A stretch of 64,000 nucleotides of DNA from Schmidtea nova. Lineage: Eukaryota. The notes below the pieces were generated by a model. That model had not been told where the DNA came from. It did not search any database and worked only from the letters and a program-made list of their open reading frames with translations. Position 1 is the stretch's first letter. Each line of letters begins with the position of its first letter. The stretch lies in NCBI GenBank assembly GCA_044892505.1, contig CM097884.1, positions 14,012,001 through 14,076,000 on the forward strand, written 5' to 3'. Position numbers and translations under genes: made by a program. Positions 33,089 to 44,639 of this stretch are shown piece by piece.

Positions 33089-33412
33089 ACCTTTCATCGG
33101 TCGCCATTGAACCCACTGCGATATTCAGTCAATCAATATTTCCAATTTTCGACGCTCACTGTTTGCGGATGTCCACCCATTTGTTGCATTACTAATGTTA
33201 CTTTTGGTGAGTTGTTGATCGTCAATATGACCTTGACGTTGCAATGGCTCACATTGAAATCTAAACACATAAGTCATTAGTTTAAAAAAGCTTGTTGCCC
33301 ATCACAATGTAACGTTGGAATTGCAAAGAATGGGTGGATTTTAGCAAACAGTGAATCGAAACTATGATTGACCGAAAGTCTCAGTGGTTTCAAGGGCTAC
33401 CGATAGAAGGTT
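33089..33412. mobile_element. Fold-back MITE with imperfect TIRs (piggyBac-like ends); related fragment at ~45785-45900
   Basis: AACCTTTCATCGGTCGCCATTGAACCCACTG versus the reverse complement of CAGTGGTTTCAAGGGCTACCGATAGAAGGTT; inverted similarity extends ~120 bp inward. Confidence 0.6.
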
Positions 33413-33563
33413 TAGTGCTCATTTGAGTCCCTTTATCTTATTCTAATTCTCGGCTATGATTGGGTATATTAACAGAAAAATCGATTTCTGTCATTTACGA
33501 GTTGGAATTCCTATAAATCATCTTGGTCAATTTCATTCCTCATCACAATTAAACGAAATTGAA

Positions 33564-33567
<4 letters not shown>

Positions 33568-33652
<85 letters not shown>
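33568..33652. repeat. (TA)n microsatellite
   Basis: Direct reading. Confidence 0.98.
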
Positions 33653-33656
<4 letters not shown>

Positions 33657-34312
33657 GGGTTGTTAAGATTTAGAAAAAATAAATATTAAATAGCACAAAT
33701 CAATAAAAATACGAAAATTGGAAAAATAAAAATTAGTGTGAAACCAATAATTAAAAATTTATAAAAAATTAAAATAAAGTTTGAGCGGGGGAAACTGGTA
33801 TGGGAGAATCCCAAATGATGAGACGAATTCGAATATGGGTATATAAAAATAAAAGGGGGTCCCCAGAAAGAAATATTTAGAAAATAATAATTAATTAAAA
33901 TAATTAATTACTCTATAGGAAACCCGAGGCATCACCAAATCGATTAGTTAAAACTAATGGAAAATTGAAGGGTGCCCCGGGGAACGAAGCCGCAAACCCG
34001 TTTAGCGGCAACTCCCGAATTAATTTTATAATTGACAGATCCATTAAGGCGTGACAGGAACAATCAATAAAATATTATAAAGGGCAAGGCAAAATTGCAG
34101 TACTGGCCAATTGGTCAAAGCTAATTTCTCGAGCCAAAGCGGTCGAAGATAAACAGAATTTTTCAAACATCTGAAAGCGATTTGGAGGAAGCGTGTAGAG
34201 AAGACTAAAGGTAGAATTTGAATTTACCCTTCATTTGAAAAATAATAAAAAGTTATTGTGTTGGGTTTCACTTATTTTCGTGATTGAAAGAGAACACAGG
34301 AGTCAGATATTA
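33652..34312 (+). mobile_element. Possible 5' part of a fourth related LTR, truncated by the gap
   Basis: Begins TGTTGG directly after the TA run, then an A-rich stretch, then ATTGGTCAA at ~34110, the same order as families 1 and 2. Confidence 0.4.
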
Positions 34313-34489
34313 NNNNNNNNNNNNNNNNNNNNNNNNNNNNNNNNNNNNNNNNNNNNNNNNNNNNNNNNNNNNNNNNNNNNNNNNNNNNNNNNNNNNNNNN
34401 NNNNNNNNNNNNNNNNNNNNNNNNNNNNNNNNNNNNNNNNNNNNNNNNNNNNNNNNNNNNNNNNNNNNNNNNNNNNNNNNNNNNNNNNN
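34313..34489. other. Assembly gap
   Basis: N characters. Confidence 1.
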
Positions 34490-34605
34490 ATATACGATTT
34501 CGATTGTTAGCGTCTATTGACTCATTCCTCGGCCGATAAAGCGATCGTTAACGCGACACAATTGGCCCAGGATAATGCTTGCACTTGTTTAATTATATTG
34601 ACTCG

Positions 34606-35570
34606 CTGAGAAAATGAATAAGTCGAATTTTGGTTTAATATGCAAGAAAGCAATATAACAGATTGATGTTTGTTTGACAAAGTAAAAAGAAATTATTGGT
34701 TTTAGGAAAGTCAATGCTACAAGAAAGACTTTATGTAAATTTCAGCATCAGATGAGTTAAATTGTCGTTAAAATAAACTCGGACAAGTCGTGCAGGTGTA
34801 GATGGGTCTTGTCTGACTTGACGTACCCAAATTTTATCGCAATGTGTTACTCTACCCAGAATTCGCTTTTTGTCAGGCTTTGTGAGAATTGAAGTAGGTT
34901 GTGGTATATTTGGTATTTCTAAAACGGAAGTTTGCGGTATGTCTAGATTATTGTTTTGACTAGTTGTTTTATAATTTGTGATAAAAGTACGCGCAATTTT
35001 GTTGGAATCGGGTAAGTTTTCGTTGACATCCGATTCTGGTTCTATGGTGGTAAATTCTCTTGAGATTTACCTATATTCGATTTAATTTCATTGTCAATCA
35101 GGTCGTCAGAAATTACGAAGGCAGGTTTAAGTCGACATAAATTTATAGTTTGTGTGATGCTTTTAACATTTATATGTGCGTTATTGTCTGTTATGTCGAT
35201 GAGTTCATAAGGTCTAGAATATTTTGGTCTAAGACTGGAATCGGTTACATTACGGACGAATACATGTTTTGCGTCTTAAAGTTTTCGGAACATTTGGTGT
35301 GTAAGATGCTGAAGAAGAAAACTGTTGGTTGCTATTAATCAAGAGAAAGTGATCTCTAGCGATGTCTAACTTTACCAAAGTAGGAATGTTGTCAAAATCG
35401 ATTAGTTGACTCGGTAAAGAAGTTGTAGAGCCAAACAACAACTGTGAGGGAGATGTCCCAGTTGTCCTGGAAGGTGTATTGTGCCAACCAAGAAGAACAA
35501 AAGGTAAAGCTTTGGTCCAGTTAAGTTTATTTGAAAGCATTCCTCACGAGATTTTAAATTTTCGATGAAA
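34606..35570 (-). mobile_element. Decayed Ty3/Gypsy integrase C-terminus and 3' region
   Basis: ORF 35250-35540: WTKALPFVLLGWHNTPSRTTGTSPSQLLFG. Confidence 0.75.
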
Positions 35571-35659
35571 TCTCTCGATCATGCCGTTAGTTTGAGGATG
35601 GTATGCGGTAGGTCTGAGATGTTGAATTACTAGTTTCAAAGTTAAATGTTGGAATAATT

Positions 35660-36160
35660 GTGATTCAAACCTTATAATATATGTATCATTCGAAAGGTAT
35701 TTATGAGATGTGCATGATGGTCATACCCTCAAAGGTTTATGGTAGGTCAATAACCTTTAAGGGGTGTCCAAACTTAAATGTTTTTCAAACTTTAAAATTT
35801 ATATATCATTCAAAAGGACTTTTGATGGTGAGTTTGAAGGTCATGCCCTTGAAGGGTCCGAGGTTCAAAAATTTTGAAACCTCGTAATATACATATCAAA
35901 CACAAGGTATTTGAGATGTAAGTATCATGGTCATACTTCAAAGGTTGATGGTGGGTGCTTAACCTTCAATCCTTTAAAAAACTTTAAGGGGTACAAAATC
36001 TTTAAAATTATATAGTATATGTTTAATAAATATATAAAAGTAAAGGTAATTCAAAGGTTAGTATGATGGTCATATAAAGGGTCCAATGTTCAAATTTTTA
36101 AAACTATATAATATGTATATCAAACAAAAGGTAATTGACAGATGAGTATGAGAGATGGTG
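35660..36160. repeat. Divergent tandem repeat (ATCATTCGAAAGGTATT...GGTCATAC core)
   Basis: Core recurs about five times; a further copy at ~36604 is interrupted by the solo LTR. Confidence 0.7.
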
Positions 36161-36229
36161 TGTGTGTTCGAAAATTTTTTTCTACCACTATTTTAAAAAA
36201 TTTCCCTCCCCAATTACAACAAATACATT

Positions 36230-36510
36230 CAGATGCAAGTTAACAAAGACATTAGAATGCCAAAATAATTAAACAAAGACATATCAATGCCAAAAAAACT
36301 TAACAAAGACATTTCATTGCCAAATTCCTTAACAAAGACATTTCATTGCCAATTTCCTTAACAAAGACATCTGATTGCCAAATTCCTTAACAAAGACATT
36401 GCAATACCCGTGTATTGTAAGCAACATGATTAACAAAAAACATTGCAATACATATGCAAGTTAACAAAGACATTGCAATGCAGATACTAGTTAACAAAGA
36501 CATACATGTA
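36230..36510. repeat. ~30-bp minisatellite (TTAACAAAGACATT core), resuming at 39770-39860
   Basis: Direct reading. Confidence 0.85.
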
Positions 36511-36667
36511 AGTTAATAATAATAATAATAATTATTATTATAAAAATAATAATAATAACTTTAAAAACATTCAAGGGTTTAAAATTTTTAAAACTATCTA
36601 AATATCATTCGAAAGGTATTTGAGTGCTGGGTTCATGGAGGGGTTAGATTAAAAATTCCACCAATGG

Positions 36668-36858
36668 CTAGGGATTCCCCATCCATGATCATGCATAAAT
36701 ATTACAAATTCTCACTCGAGCGCCCTTGATTATTTCCCTTGATAACCAAGTTGGTGATGCGCAAGGTGGTTAAACAATGATGGGCAGGTGAGCTCTATCG
36801 CTAGAACTACTCCCCATTTATGTTTACGGGTTCACGCTGCCGTAGAAGGACTTACGCT
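36668..36858 (-). ncRNA. Family-2 copy of the conserved LTR structured RNA
   Basis: Aligns with 15195-15390, with covarying stems. Confidence 0.6.
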
Positions 36859-36975
36859 ATTTACTTTATTATGTGAACATATGATTTAAATTTAATTACT
36901 ATTAATTACGTAACCGAAGAAAAATACCTAGAAGAACAAAAAAAACAACACAAAAATCTGATAATATTTAATGCT

Positions 36976-37575
36976 TTATTCGTTACAAAATTCTGCAAAG
37001 ATTCCCTCGGGAGGAAATATCTCCGTTAACCATTCTGCCTCAGACATCTCCGCCATATTCTCTACTTGCGCTTGTAACTGCTGGGAGAACAGTTTTCTTT
37101 GGCGTTGACGTTTGGAGCCAATTCGTTTTCTCTTTTTTATCTTTTCGACGGGAATCTGCATCAATGTAGGTTCTGTCGGACTTTGAGTAGGTGTTGCAAT
37201 TAGACCCTCGGTGTCGGTGCTGACCGAACAGGCCGTTTTTTGTTCTCCTACCCATTTCTGGTAGGTAATGGGTCGAATTTGTGACCGTAAGTCGGAATCG
37301 ATGAAGGAGGTCGTCACGGAATGGAGACATCGGCGCAATCCGATCTTTGTTGCTTCCCATTCCGTACGGCAGTCATCGGCGGTCTTCTGAGCCCTCTCCG
37401 TTCGACTCATCTGCTCTTTCATGCGAGCTGGGGCGAACCAACTGGTCCGTAAATACTGAATTTGAGCTTCTGTCTTAGCCCGTAGTGCCTTTTCTTGGGT
37501 TAATTCTTTCTCCAACGCCCGGCGCATTCTCCAGGCCTTGTCCAGTTCTCGCTGTTGGCTAGTTTCAGTCGTCAT
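36976..37575 (-). CDS. ORF-B homolog (199 aa) in the solo LTR
   Basis: ELDKAWR...WFAP..MK...ATK..L..CL.SVT...IRPITYQ.W...KKRKRIGSKRQRQRK; TTCTTCAG|TATG upstream. Confidence 0.8.
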   Translation of the reverse strand: MTTETSQQRELDKAWRMRRALEKELTQEKALRAKTEAQIQYLRTSWFAPARMKEQMSRTERAQKTADDCRTEWEATKIGLRRCLHSVTTSFIDSDLRSQIRPITYQKWVGEQKTACSVSTDTEGLIATPTQSPTEPTLMQIPVEKIKKRKRIGSKRQRQRKLFSQQLQAQVENMAEMSEAEWLTEIFPPEGIFAEFCNE

Positions 37576-37850
37576 ACTGAAGAATAAACAGGTTTTTATG
37601 AGGAGGAAATTACGTTAACTACGGTTAATACTGTTTAAGTCCATCAGGTGGAAAAATTGAATAAATAAGTAAATAATACATCAATAAATAGATAAGTAAA
37701 TAAGTCAACGAATAACGAATAAAATCAACACCATTTAATTTGTAAATCACATGTTATTCCATGGATGTGTTAATAACATTGTCAGCAGAAACACTTTGTC
37801 TTGATGCAATGTACGGGAAGAATGTGTAACCCGCGATTGATGGGAACTCG

Positions 37851-38270
37851 TCAAATGTGAGCCAGTGAGAAATTTAGTCTGGGACGTTCTTGGCCAGTTT
37901 TCGGTAAGCAGTTCGGAATTAAATCAAGTTGGAGTAGCCCGTGGGGCGAGATGTATCCCCAATGGATCACTGTCGCTGGATTACCGGCTGCGTCCATCAA
38001 AATTACGACGAATGGTGCCGTCGTTATGTGGTCTCCTCTGTCTGGAATTCCCCATCCAGGGCCTCCTCGATATACGATTCTGTCCGGACCATCTGCCCAA
38101 ATCGAAAATGGACATTTTCTGTTAAGCTCTCTTTTCCATTGATACATTAATGCATTTACGGTTCTGAGGAGTTCCGAAGGAAGAACTTTTAATTTCCGAA
38201 TCTGAGGGGTAGCGGCTAGGGTCTCCTGTCGCTGAGCCATTAGAAATTTCTCAACTGTCGTTTGTTCCAT
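37851..38270 (-). CDS. ORF-A (139 aa), second LTR-encoded protein, function unknown
   Basis: Intact ORF with CTCAG|ATG upstream; decayed homolog at 43026-43406. Confidence 0.65.
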   Translation of the reverse strand: MEQTTVEKFLMAQRQETLAATPQIRKLKVLPSELLRTVNALMYQWKRELNRKCPFSIWADGPDRIVYRGGPGWGIPDRGDHITTAPFVVILMDAAGNPATVIHWGYISPHGLLQLDLIPNCLPKTGQERPRLNFSLAHI

Positions 38271-39952
38271 CTGAGTTAATTCGAATTAATGTGATTTATG
38301 AAATATAGAGAGACCCGATGAGGTACATTCCCCTTGTTGCTCATGAGATTTATCTACGGATTCATTGGTCTTACCAGAGGTGAGAGTGAACATTTAAGAC
38401 CCAAAATGAAGAGGAGAAGAAGGAAAAAAAAATTATTAATAATTTTTCTTTAACACTGTCGCTATATACAGCGATCAGGATAAGTTAATGTTAAACAGGA
38501 ATTTTTACCTGCGCTATTTACAGAGATCAGTATAAAATCTAATCTTAGTAACACTGATTTCTAAGAAAATTTGCACACATCAGTCTAGTCGTTCGATCTA
38601 ATTCAACACAATCTCTCTTGTGTGTGTGCGGATGCCTAAGTCGGTGCTGATCGGCATCTGATGTACAGATCCGAATTTCAGTCAAGTGGAATTCATGCAT
38701 CAAAATAATATCGATTCTGTTGACTTAGTAAATCGTAACCTGATGCATAATTAAATTTAGACATTCAATATTTTCATCGATAACACCCTAACTTAACCGA
38801 TCATAATTGATTAACGTCCGATAGTGCAACCCGCACGCTCCTGCCCCATGCGCAATTCTACTTTACGATTAAATCTCTGATAAAACCCAACATAAAAAAA
38901 ATATTGATAGGAACTTCGCTCATCATCCTGTGGAACGGTAAAATCCTACACTACGGCTTACTCTCTCGCAGCGTGAGCTACTGAGGAAGTGTATTTATAA
39001 TAAAATATTGAAATAACGAAATAAACAAAATCACCAATAATAAACTATATTAAATAAAATTGTATCAAATGGAAATCATAGGAACAATAAATTAACATAT
39101 GAAAAATTTTAATAACAATCAAAAATATTTACTTCCAAGGATCCAAATAGATGCGATGAGTTTCAGTCAAAATTGTTTTTTAATACATAACGAAATTTAT
39201 GTTCGTGAAAATAATGCTGCTAGACAAAGTCTGTAGACAAAATTAGTGTTAACTTTGTGATTTTCGGATCGGTATTTATATTGATCCAGTTGGTCAGATT
39301 GACCAATCAGGATCAGGCCGTCCATCAAAGTAAGTCTGTTATTTTATTTTATTGTAAACCATATTTTATTTCCGGTTCAGGTTTCTCGCTGGGTGGTCCT
39401 GATTTTCGAAGTAATTAATCAATTAATTGTACTATTATTTTATTTTATTTCTAATTTTTCTGTTTCAGGCCCCCTTGCTGCTTGTTCCAGTGTCAATTTT
39501 GATTTTTCCTTTTGCTGGAAATTTATTTATTATTATTTATTATTTTATTCTGATTTTTAATTTAGGTTTTTCGATGTATTTTGTATTTATTATTTTAATT
39601 TTGTTTAAATTGTTATATTATTTTTGTCATTTTAGACCACTTGGCGGGCCCAACATGAGTATGGTAGTTATATCCTCAAACCTTCAAGATGTTAAAAAAC
39701 TTATTTATTAAAATACCTCAACGTAATATATATTTATTTCCCTACGCATTTTGACAATGCAATCCATGTGCAATATTTACAAAGACATTGCTATCTAGAT
39801 GCAAGTTAACAAAGACATTGCAATGCAGATGCAAGTAAAATTAACAAAGACATACATGCAAGTTAATAATGATTATAATAAAAATAATGATAGTGATAAT
39901 AATAATAAAAAAATAATAATAATAATATATAATAATAATAGTAATAATAATT

Positions 39953-40266
39953 TTTAGAAAAACCAAATATACCACAACCTACTTCAATTCTCGCAAAGCC
40001 TGACAAAAACGAATTCTGGGTAGAGTAACACATTGCGATAAAATTTGGGTACGTCAAGTCGGACAAGGCTCATCTACACCTGCACGACTTGCCCGAGTTT
40101 ATTCCAACGACAATTTAACTCATCTGATGCTGAAATTTACATGAAGTCTTTCTTGTAGCACTGACCTTCCTAAAACAAATAATCTCTTTACTTTGTCAAA
40201 CAAACATCAATCTGTTATATTGCTTTCTTGCATATTAAACCAAAATTCGACTTATTCATTTCTCAG
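39953..40266 (+). repeat. Inverted copy of 34606-34924 (Gypsy 3' region)
   Basis: Reverse-complement match with scattered substitutions. Confidence 0.85.
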
Positions 40267-41442
40267 AGAATTATTTCTAGATTCCGTTTAACTAACACCT
40301 CACTGTATTTCCATAACCTTATTGTCGGTCCTTGTACGCTCCGCGACTTCCAGTGGGGCTAATTGGGGGTTGTTCGGCGGGAATGTCGGAATGTGTATGG
40401 ATTTCTAAGGAGAATCCATGATGCAAAGACAATGAACCAATATATTAACAGCCGTCATTATCACGATATTATACAAATACTTCTTGTTGATTTGTCAATT
40501 ACAATTTATAAATGAAATTATTTTGGATTGATGACTTTTTACTATGGCGAAACATTCGACAAACGGTGAACGTGGCTATTCAGCATTTACCAGCGTTTTA
40601 TTGCGATATTTCTCTTAAAATGAATATTTTCAATATTACTTATCAACTGAAAACTATGTGCTTATTTATTCGCTATACGCATTTAATAGCCAATGAAGAT
40701 GAGAAATTCAGTAATATTGTAAACAACATATCTATAAACGTCTACTCGTTTTTCTTTCCCTAATTTTCTTAAATGTTATCATGATTTATGGATAATTTCA
40801 AACGATTGATTTTTTAGTTGTTTTCATAAATTTCTTAATAGCATGATTTAAGTGTTGCTATCTTATTAGAATAAAGCTGTTAATAAAAGAATTTACACTA
40901 TTAAAAGAAAAGATTCGATTAAACTAAAATTTTATTATGATCACAAATATCTTTTATTTTATTTGGATTGTTTAAATAATCCAGCTTTGTATATATGTTT
41001 TGGTTTCTTTTAAAAATATATAAATTAATGGTTTTCTGGCTTGTTTAATAAATAAAATTAATTAACTTTTCCAATTGTGTCTTAATAGTTAAATAAGTTC
41101 CAATACTTGAAATTCTCGATATTCAAAGAGCATTTTTAATTGCAAATTAGTTCTGGAATTTTTTCAATCGTGTTTAAAATACGAAAGATGGATTCCTGTT
41201 TTTCTATTCATTTCGATTTATTATCAGCTTCATCATTGTCTGAATGCCAGTTATGCACCTCTTCATCGCTAAGCACGGTTTCCTCGTCAAAATAAGGTTC
41301 CTGGTCTTCAGCAGCCCATCCAGTTTCTGCGATATTTCCTTTGGAACTTTTACTTATGCGCATCGATTCGGTTTAAAGTTGAAACGGTTATGTTTGCACC
41401 ATGATTTCTTAAATCAATTTTAGAATAATGGAATGGAATCAC

Positions 41443-41787
41443 TTTATCGACGCACAATTTAGCATGACTCTCGGCAATATCCTTGCGTTGCATTGGAGTG
41501 AGTGGATAGAGCATTGTGTGGTGAGGATGGACAGATGGAAACCGTTTATATTCCAATTGTTCGTGAATGATAATGACAATTTTCTCCATTCGTGTATCAT
41601 AATACGCCCAATCACAAACTATTTGAAGACAATGAGCAAGATTAAAAATCGCTTCCGGATAATTTGGCTTGATTTTCAATTGCTTTATTGATATTAACCG
41701 TATCTTTGTAGCACTTACCAAATTTGAATGAACATCGCCAAAGGTTGGCTTGATTTGAATAGCGCGTAGATAATATTGTATAGCATC
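41443..41787 (-). pseudogene. OGT: O-GlcNAc transferase fragment (last TPRs to start of catalytic region), frameshifted
   Basis: [28 protein letters not shown]...LPSVHPHH-like [15 protein letters not shown] matches OGT; upstream [16 protein letters not shown] lies in a different frame with a small deletion. Confidence 0.85.
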
Positions 41788-43025
41788 TATCGGAAACTTG
41801 CAAAAGTCACCATAATCGATTTAAGTGTTTTCATTCATTGCTAAGTTTAGAAATTTATTAATTAAACCGAACGTAAATTCTAAAAGTAGAACAATATTCT
41901 GGATTATTTTATCGATGCATTAAATTCCCTAAACCTGCTGAAAAATTATCGTAATAATTTCCATCTGATAATTGCGCTCGTAGACAGTGAATGTAATCAT
42001 GGATAGTAGCATTTTTCGCTTCACTCGAGTACACTGTTATGACGTAATAGAATTCCACTCAATTTCCGACAGGGAGAGAGAGAACTCCGGAGCAACGTGT
42101 AGTATGATGGTAGGGATAGTAAACTTGATAATAGCCGAGAGCCTAAAAGGATAATAAACTTAATTAGTAAATACCACTGGGAGTTAAAGTAGCTAGGTAA
42201 GATTTCCACAAGCAGTGAATTTGTTCTTGTCGATTTATTCGGTCGCGTGCATTGAACAGGAGAGGAATGCGTTGCCGAATTTCGCTAATGAATTTTCCAT
42301 TAGGGATAATTACTCAGCAAACTCGAGAGTAACGCTAATTGTGGGGAAGTGAATCATGAAGAAGTGGTCGCTGGAAGCGTATTTGTTAATTGAATTACGG
42401 ATGATCAGGCATGAAAGTGTTACGATAAATTTCAACAAAATTAATTGAATTTTGCATCCCAGAAAAGTAAAATGAAATGGTCAAATCGTAAAGAGAGTTA
42501 AATTGGGAAACACATCCTAACTGAGCGAACACTGAGAATCAACAGAACTTAGGGTGAAATGATTACAGCGAAATTTCAGTAGACAAATTCATGATGCCTA
42601 AAATATCTCATAGAGTATAAATAAAAGGAGTATAGAGAGCGAAAAGCATGGGGATGGGGCCAATAACTAATATATAAACTTTAAACAAATATGAACCAAC
42701 GAGGGGAGACAAGAGTGAACAACTTATAAAACTTATGACTGACAGGATAGATGATAGAAAAGTGACAGAATGGTTATGAGATCTCCTATGGTCTATCTAA
42801 AGGATAAAACCTAAATATAAATTGGGATAATTCGTCATCCAAGAGTAAAGGAGTGCTAAAGAACGAGAGTGGCGAGGAAAAGTTGAATTAGTTCGGCGGA
42901 CAAATAATAAAGGTCCCTCTCGAACTTACATGTAAATGTTTCTATATATATGACTTCATCTACCTTAGATCTTACAATGAGCAGCGAGTGAGAGGAGAGC
43001 CAACCCAACCAATCCAACAGACTAC

Positions 43026-43406
43026 ATGCAAAACTTTTACGACAATCATCTGATAGTGGCCATGCCACTCAAGAACATTCCGACAGAATTAATCAGAGAT
43101 TTTCGACAAACACCATGAGGCATTCACCAATAGGGGGTCATCCCTTCGTTTTGCCTTTCTCGGGACAGCCCTGATAAAATAATTTGGCATGGGAGCTAAG
43201 AATGGCCCATTGATATCGACAGAGAATATCCAGCCGACCTACCGAAATACTTCGTAGAGGCGCCCACCGACGTACTCGGACGATTTAAAATACAATTTCG
43301 AGGCACAATTCCACAGGACGAACTCTGGAGTATGGGACGTTTTGTATTCAGCCCTGCTCCTTCTGCATCACCCACAGACTCTCCCTTCAGCCCCTTGGAA
43401 GCCTGA
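43026..43406 (+). pseudogene. Decayed ORF-A homolog (three in-frame stops)
   Basis: Manual translation KNIPTELIR...FCLSRDSPDKIIWHGS*EWPI versus KVLPSELLR...FSIWADGPDRIVYRGGPGWGI. Confidence 0.6.
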
Positions 43407-43737
43407 TGAAGATAGTTTTAGACATTTGCGGTTTTAATAGTACTTGGACTGATGGTGTAATTAAATTTTAGCAGTCATGTTTTATTTTTAAAATATATAT
43501 TATTGGTTCTTTACGTTCTAGTTAAAAATTTTTGTTTGTGTATACGTAGTTCCGTAGTATAGTTTACCAATTTTAGTGGTTTGTGTTAATATTTAAATTG
43601 AGGGAAGTAAAATAGGATTGCTGATAGCTAAATAGGTTTTGAGTTAGGTGATGAAGTTAAAATATGTTTAAGTGTTGGTTATGTCTAGAGTTAGGAGGCG
43701 AGTGTAATTAAGATAGCTTCAACATTTCTAAATCGTC

Positions 43738-44199
43738 ATGTGTTCAATACCTATGGAGAAAGAAGATATGGTAAAGTTAAAGCGAAGAATCCTGTATTTA
43801 GAAAGTAGATACTTCTCGCCAGCCGAAATGAAAGCTACGAGAGATGAATTGTCACGTGAAAACAGGGTCATCGAGGACCAAGGAATCAAATTGGATGCCG
43901 TCAAAATAGAGTTAAATAATTTCCGAAAATTGATTATCCAAAAGTTCGTAGTAGATAGTTTGAAGGACCTGATTAAGCCAATGACCCTATCTAATTGGTT
44001 TCCAGTATCTGATCGGATTGAGGAGAGTACAATCAGCATGGTCGAGAAAGCAAACCAAACAACCAGGAAAAGACGGAAGACCCATGCACAACGTCGTCGT
44101 TGTGCGAAACAACACCTAGAGGAAGAGAAGACGAAACCATCAACCAACTTGAATATGACATCTATTGAAAATGACAATCGAAATAAACTTACATTGTAA
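43738..44199 (+). CDS. Divergent ORF-B homolog (153 aa)
   Basis: YFSPAEMK, LKDLIKPMTLSNW and RKRRKTHAQRRR occur in the same order as in families 1 and 2. Confidence 0.65.
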   Translation: MCSIPMEKEDMVKLKRRILYLESRYFSPAEMKATRDELSRENRVIEDQGIKLDAVKIELNNFRKLIIQKFVVDSLKDLIKPMTLSNWFPVSDRIEESTISMVEKANQTTRKRRKTHAQRRRCAKQHLEEEKTKPSTNLNMTSIENDNRNKLTL

Positions 44200-44395
44200 T
44201 TGTAATAAATGATTCAATTATATGTATTGCCAAAATATAACCGTTGTTTTGTTTTAGTGTTGAATTTTACATTTTGTTTGATCTAAAATAGTAATCGAAG
44301 GTATTTTACGATGAATAGATGAATAGGAATCGCGTAAGGGATTAAAAGATAACACCCTGAATTAGAGACTAGCGCAAGGGTGAGAGTGGGGAAAT

Positions 44396-44572
44396 AGCGT
44401 GACCTTTTATCGGTCCAGTAGAACCCATACGAGTGTCAGATAGAGAGTAGTTTATGTAAAGGAGCTCACCTGTCGATTTTCAGTTGGCTGTCATGCACGG
44501 TACCAACGAAAATAATAGGGTATTTATGGGTGCATGGGCAGTAAGATTTCTATGTGCGTGTTGTGATCCTAG
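44396..44572 (+). ncRNA. Family-3 copy of the conserved LTR structured RNA
   Basis: AGCGT...GAACCC...GAGTAG...GAGCTCACCTG...CATGCAC/GTGCATG...AGGG...ATCCTAG. Confidence 0.5.
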
Positions 44573-44639
44573 ACAGAAAATACTGAGAGAAGGGATATGT
44601 ATTTGTGAGTTCTAACAACAACATGACCAACAATTGACT

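Larger units (their letters stand above)
36625..39655 (-). mobile_element. Solo LTR, family 2 (3,031 bp)
   Basis: Minus-strand termini TGTTGGGCCC...CCCAGCA; TSD TGAG on both sides (36621-36624 and 39656-39659); shares promoter motifs, ORF-B and the RNA element with family 1. Confidence 0.88.
42035..44617 (+). mobile_element. Older LTR, family 3 (~2.6 kb; boundaries tentative)
   Basis: TGTTA...TAACA termini; TATAAATA at 42615; carries decayed ORF-A, ORF-B and the RNA element; followed by a pol remnant. No exact TSD. Confidence 0.6.
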
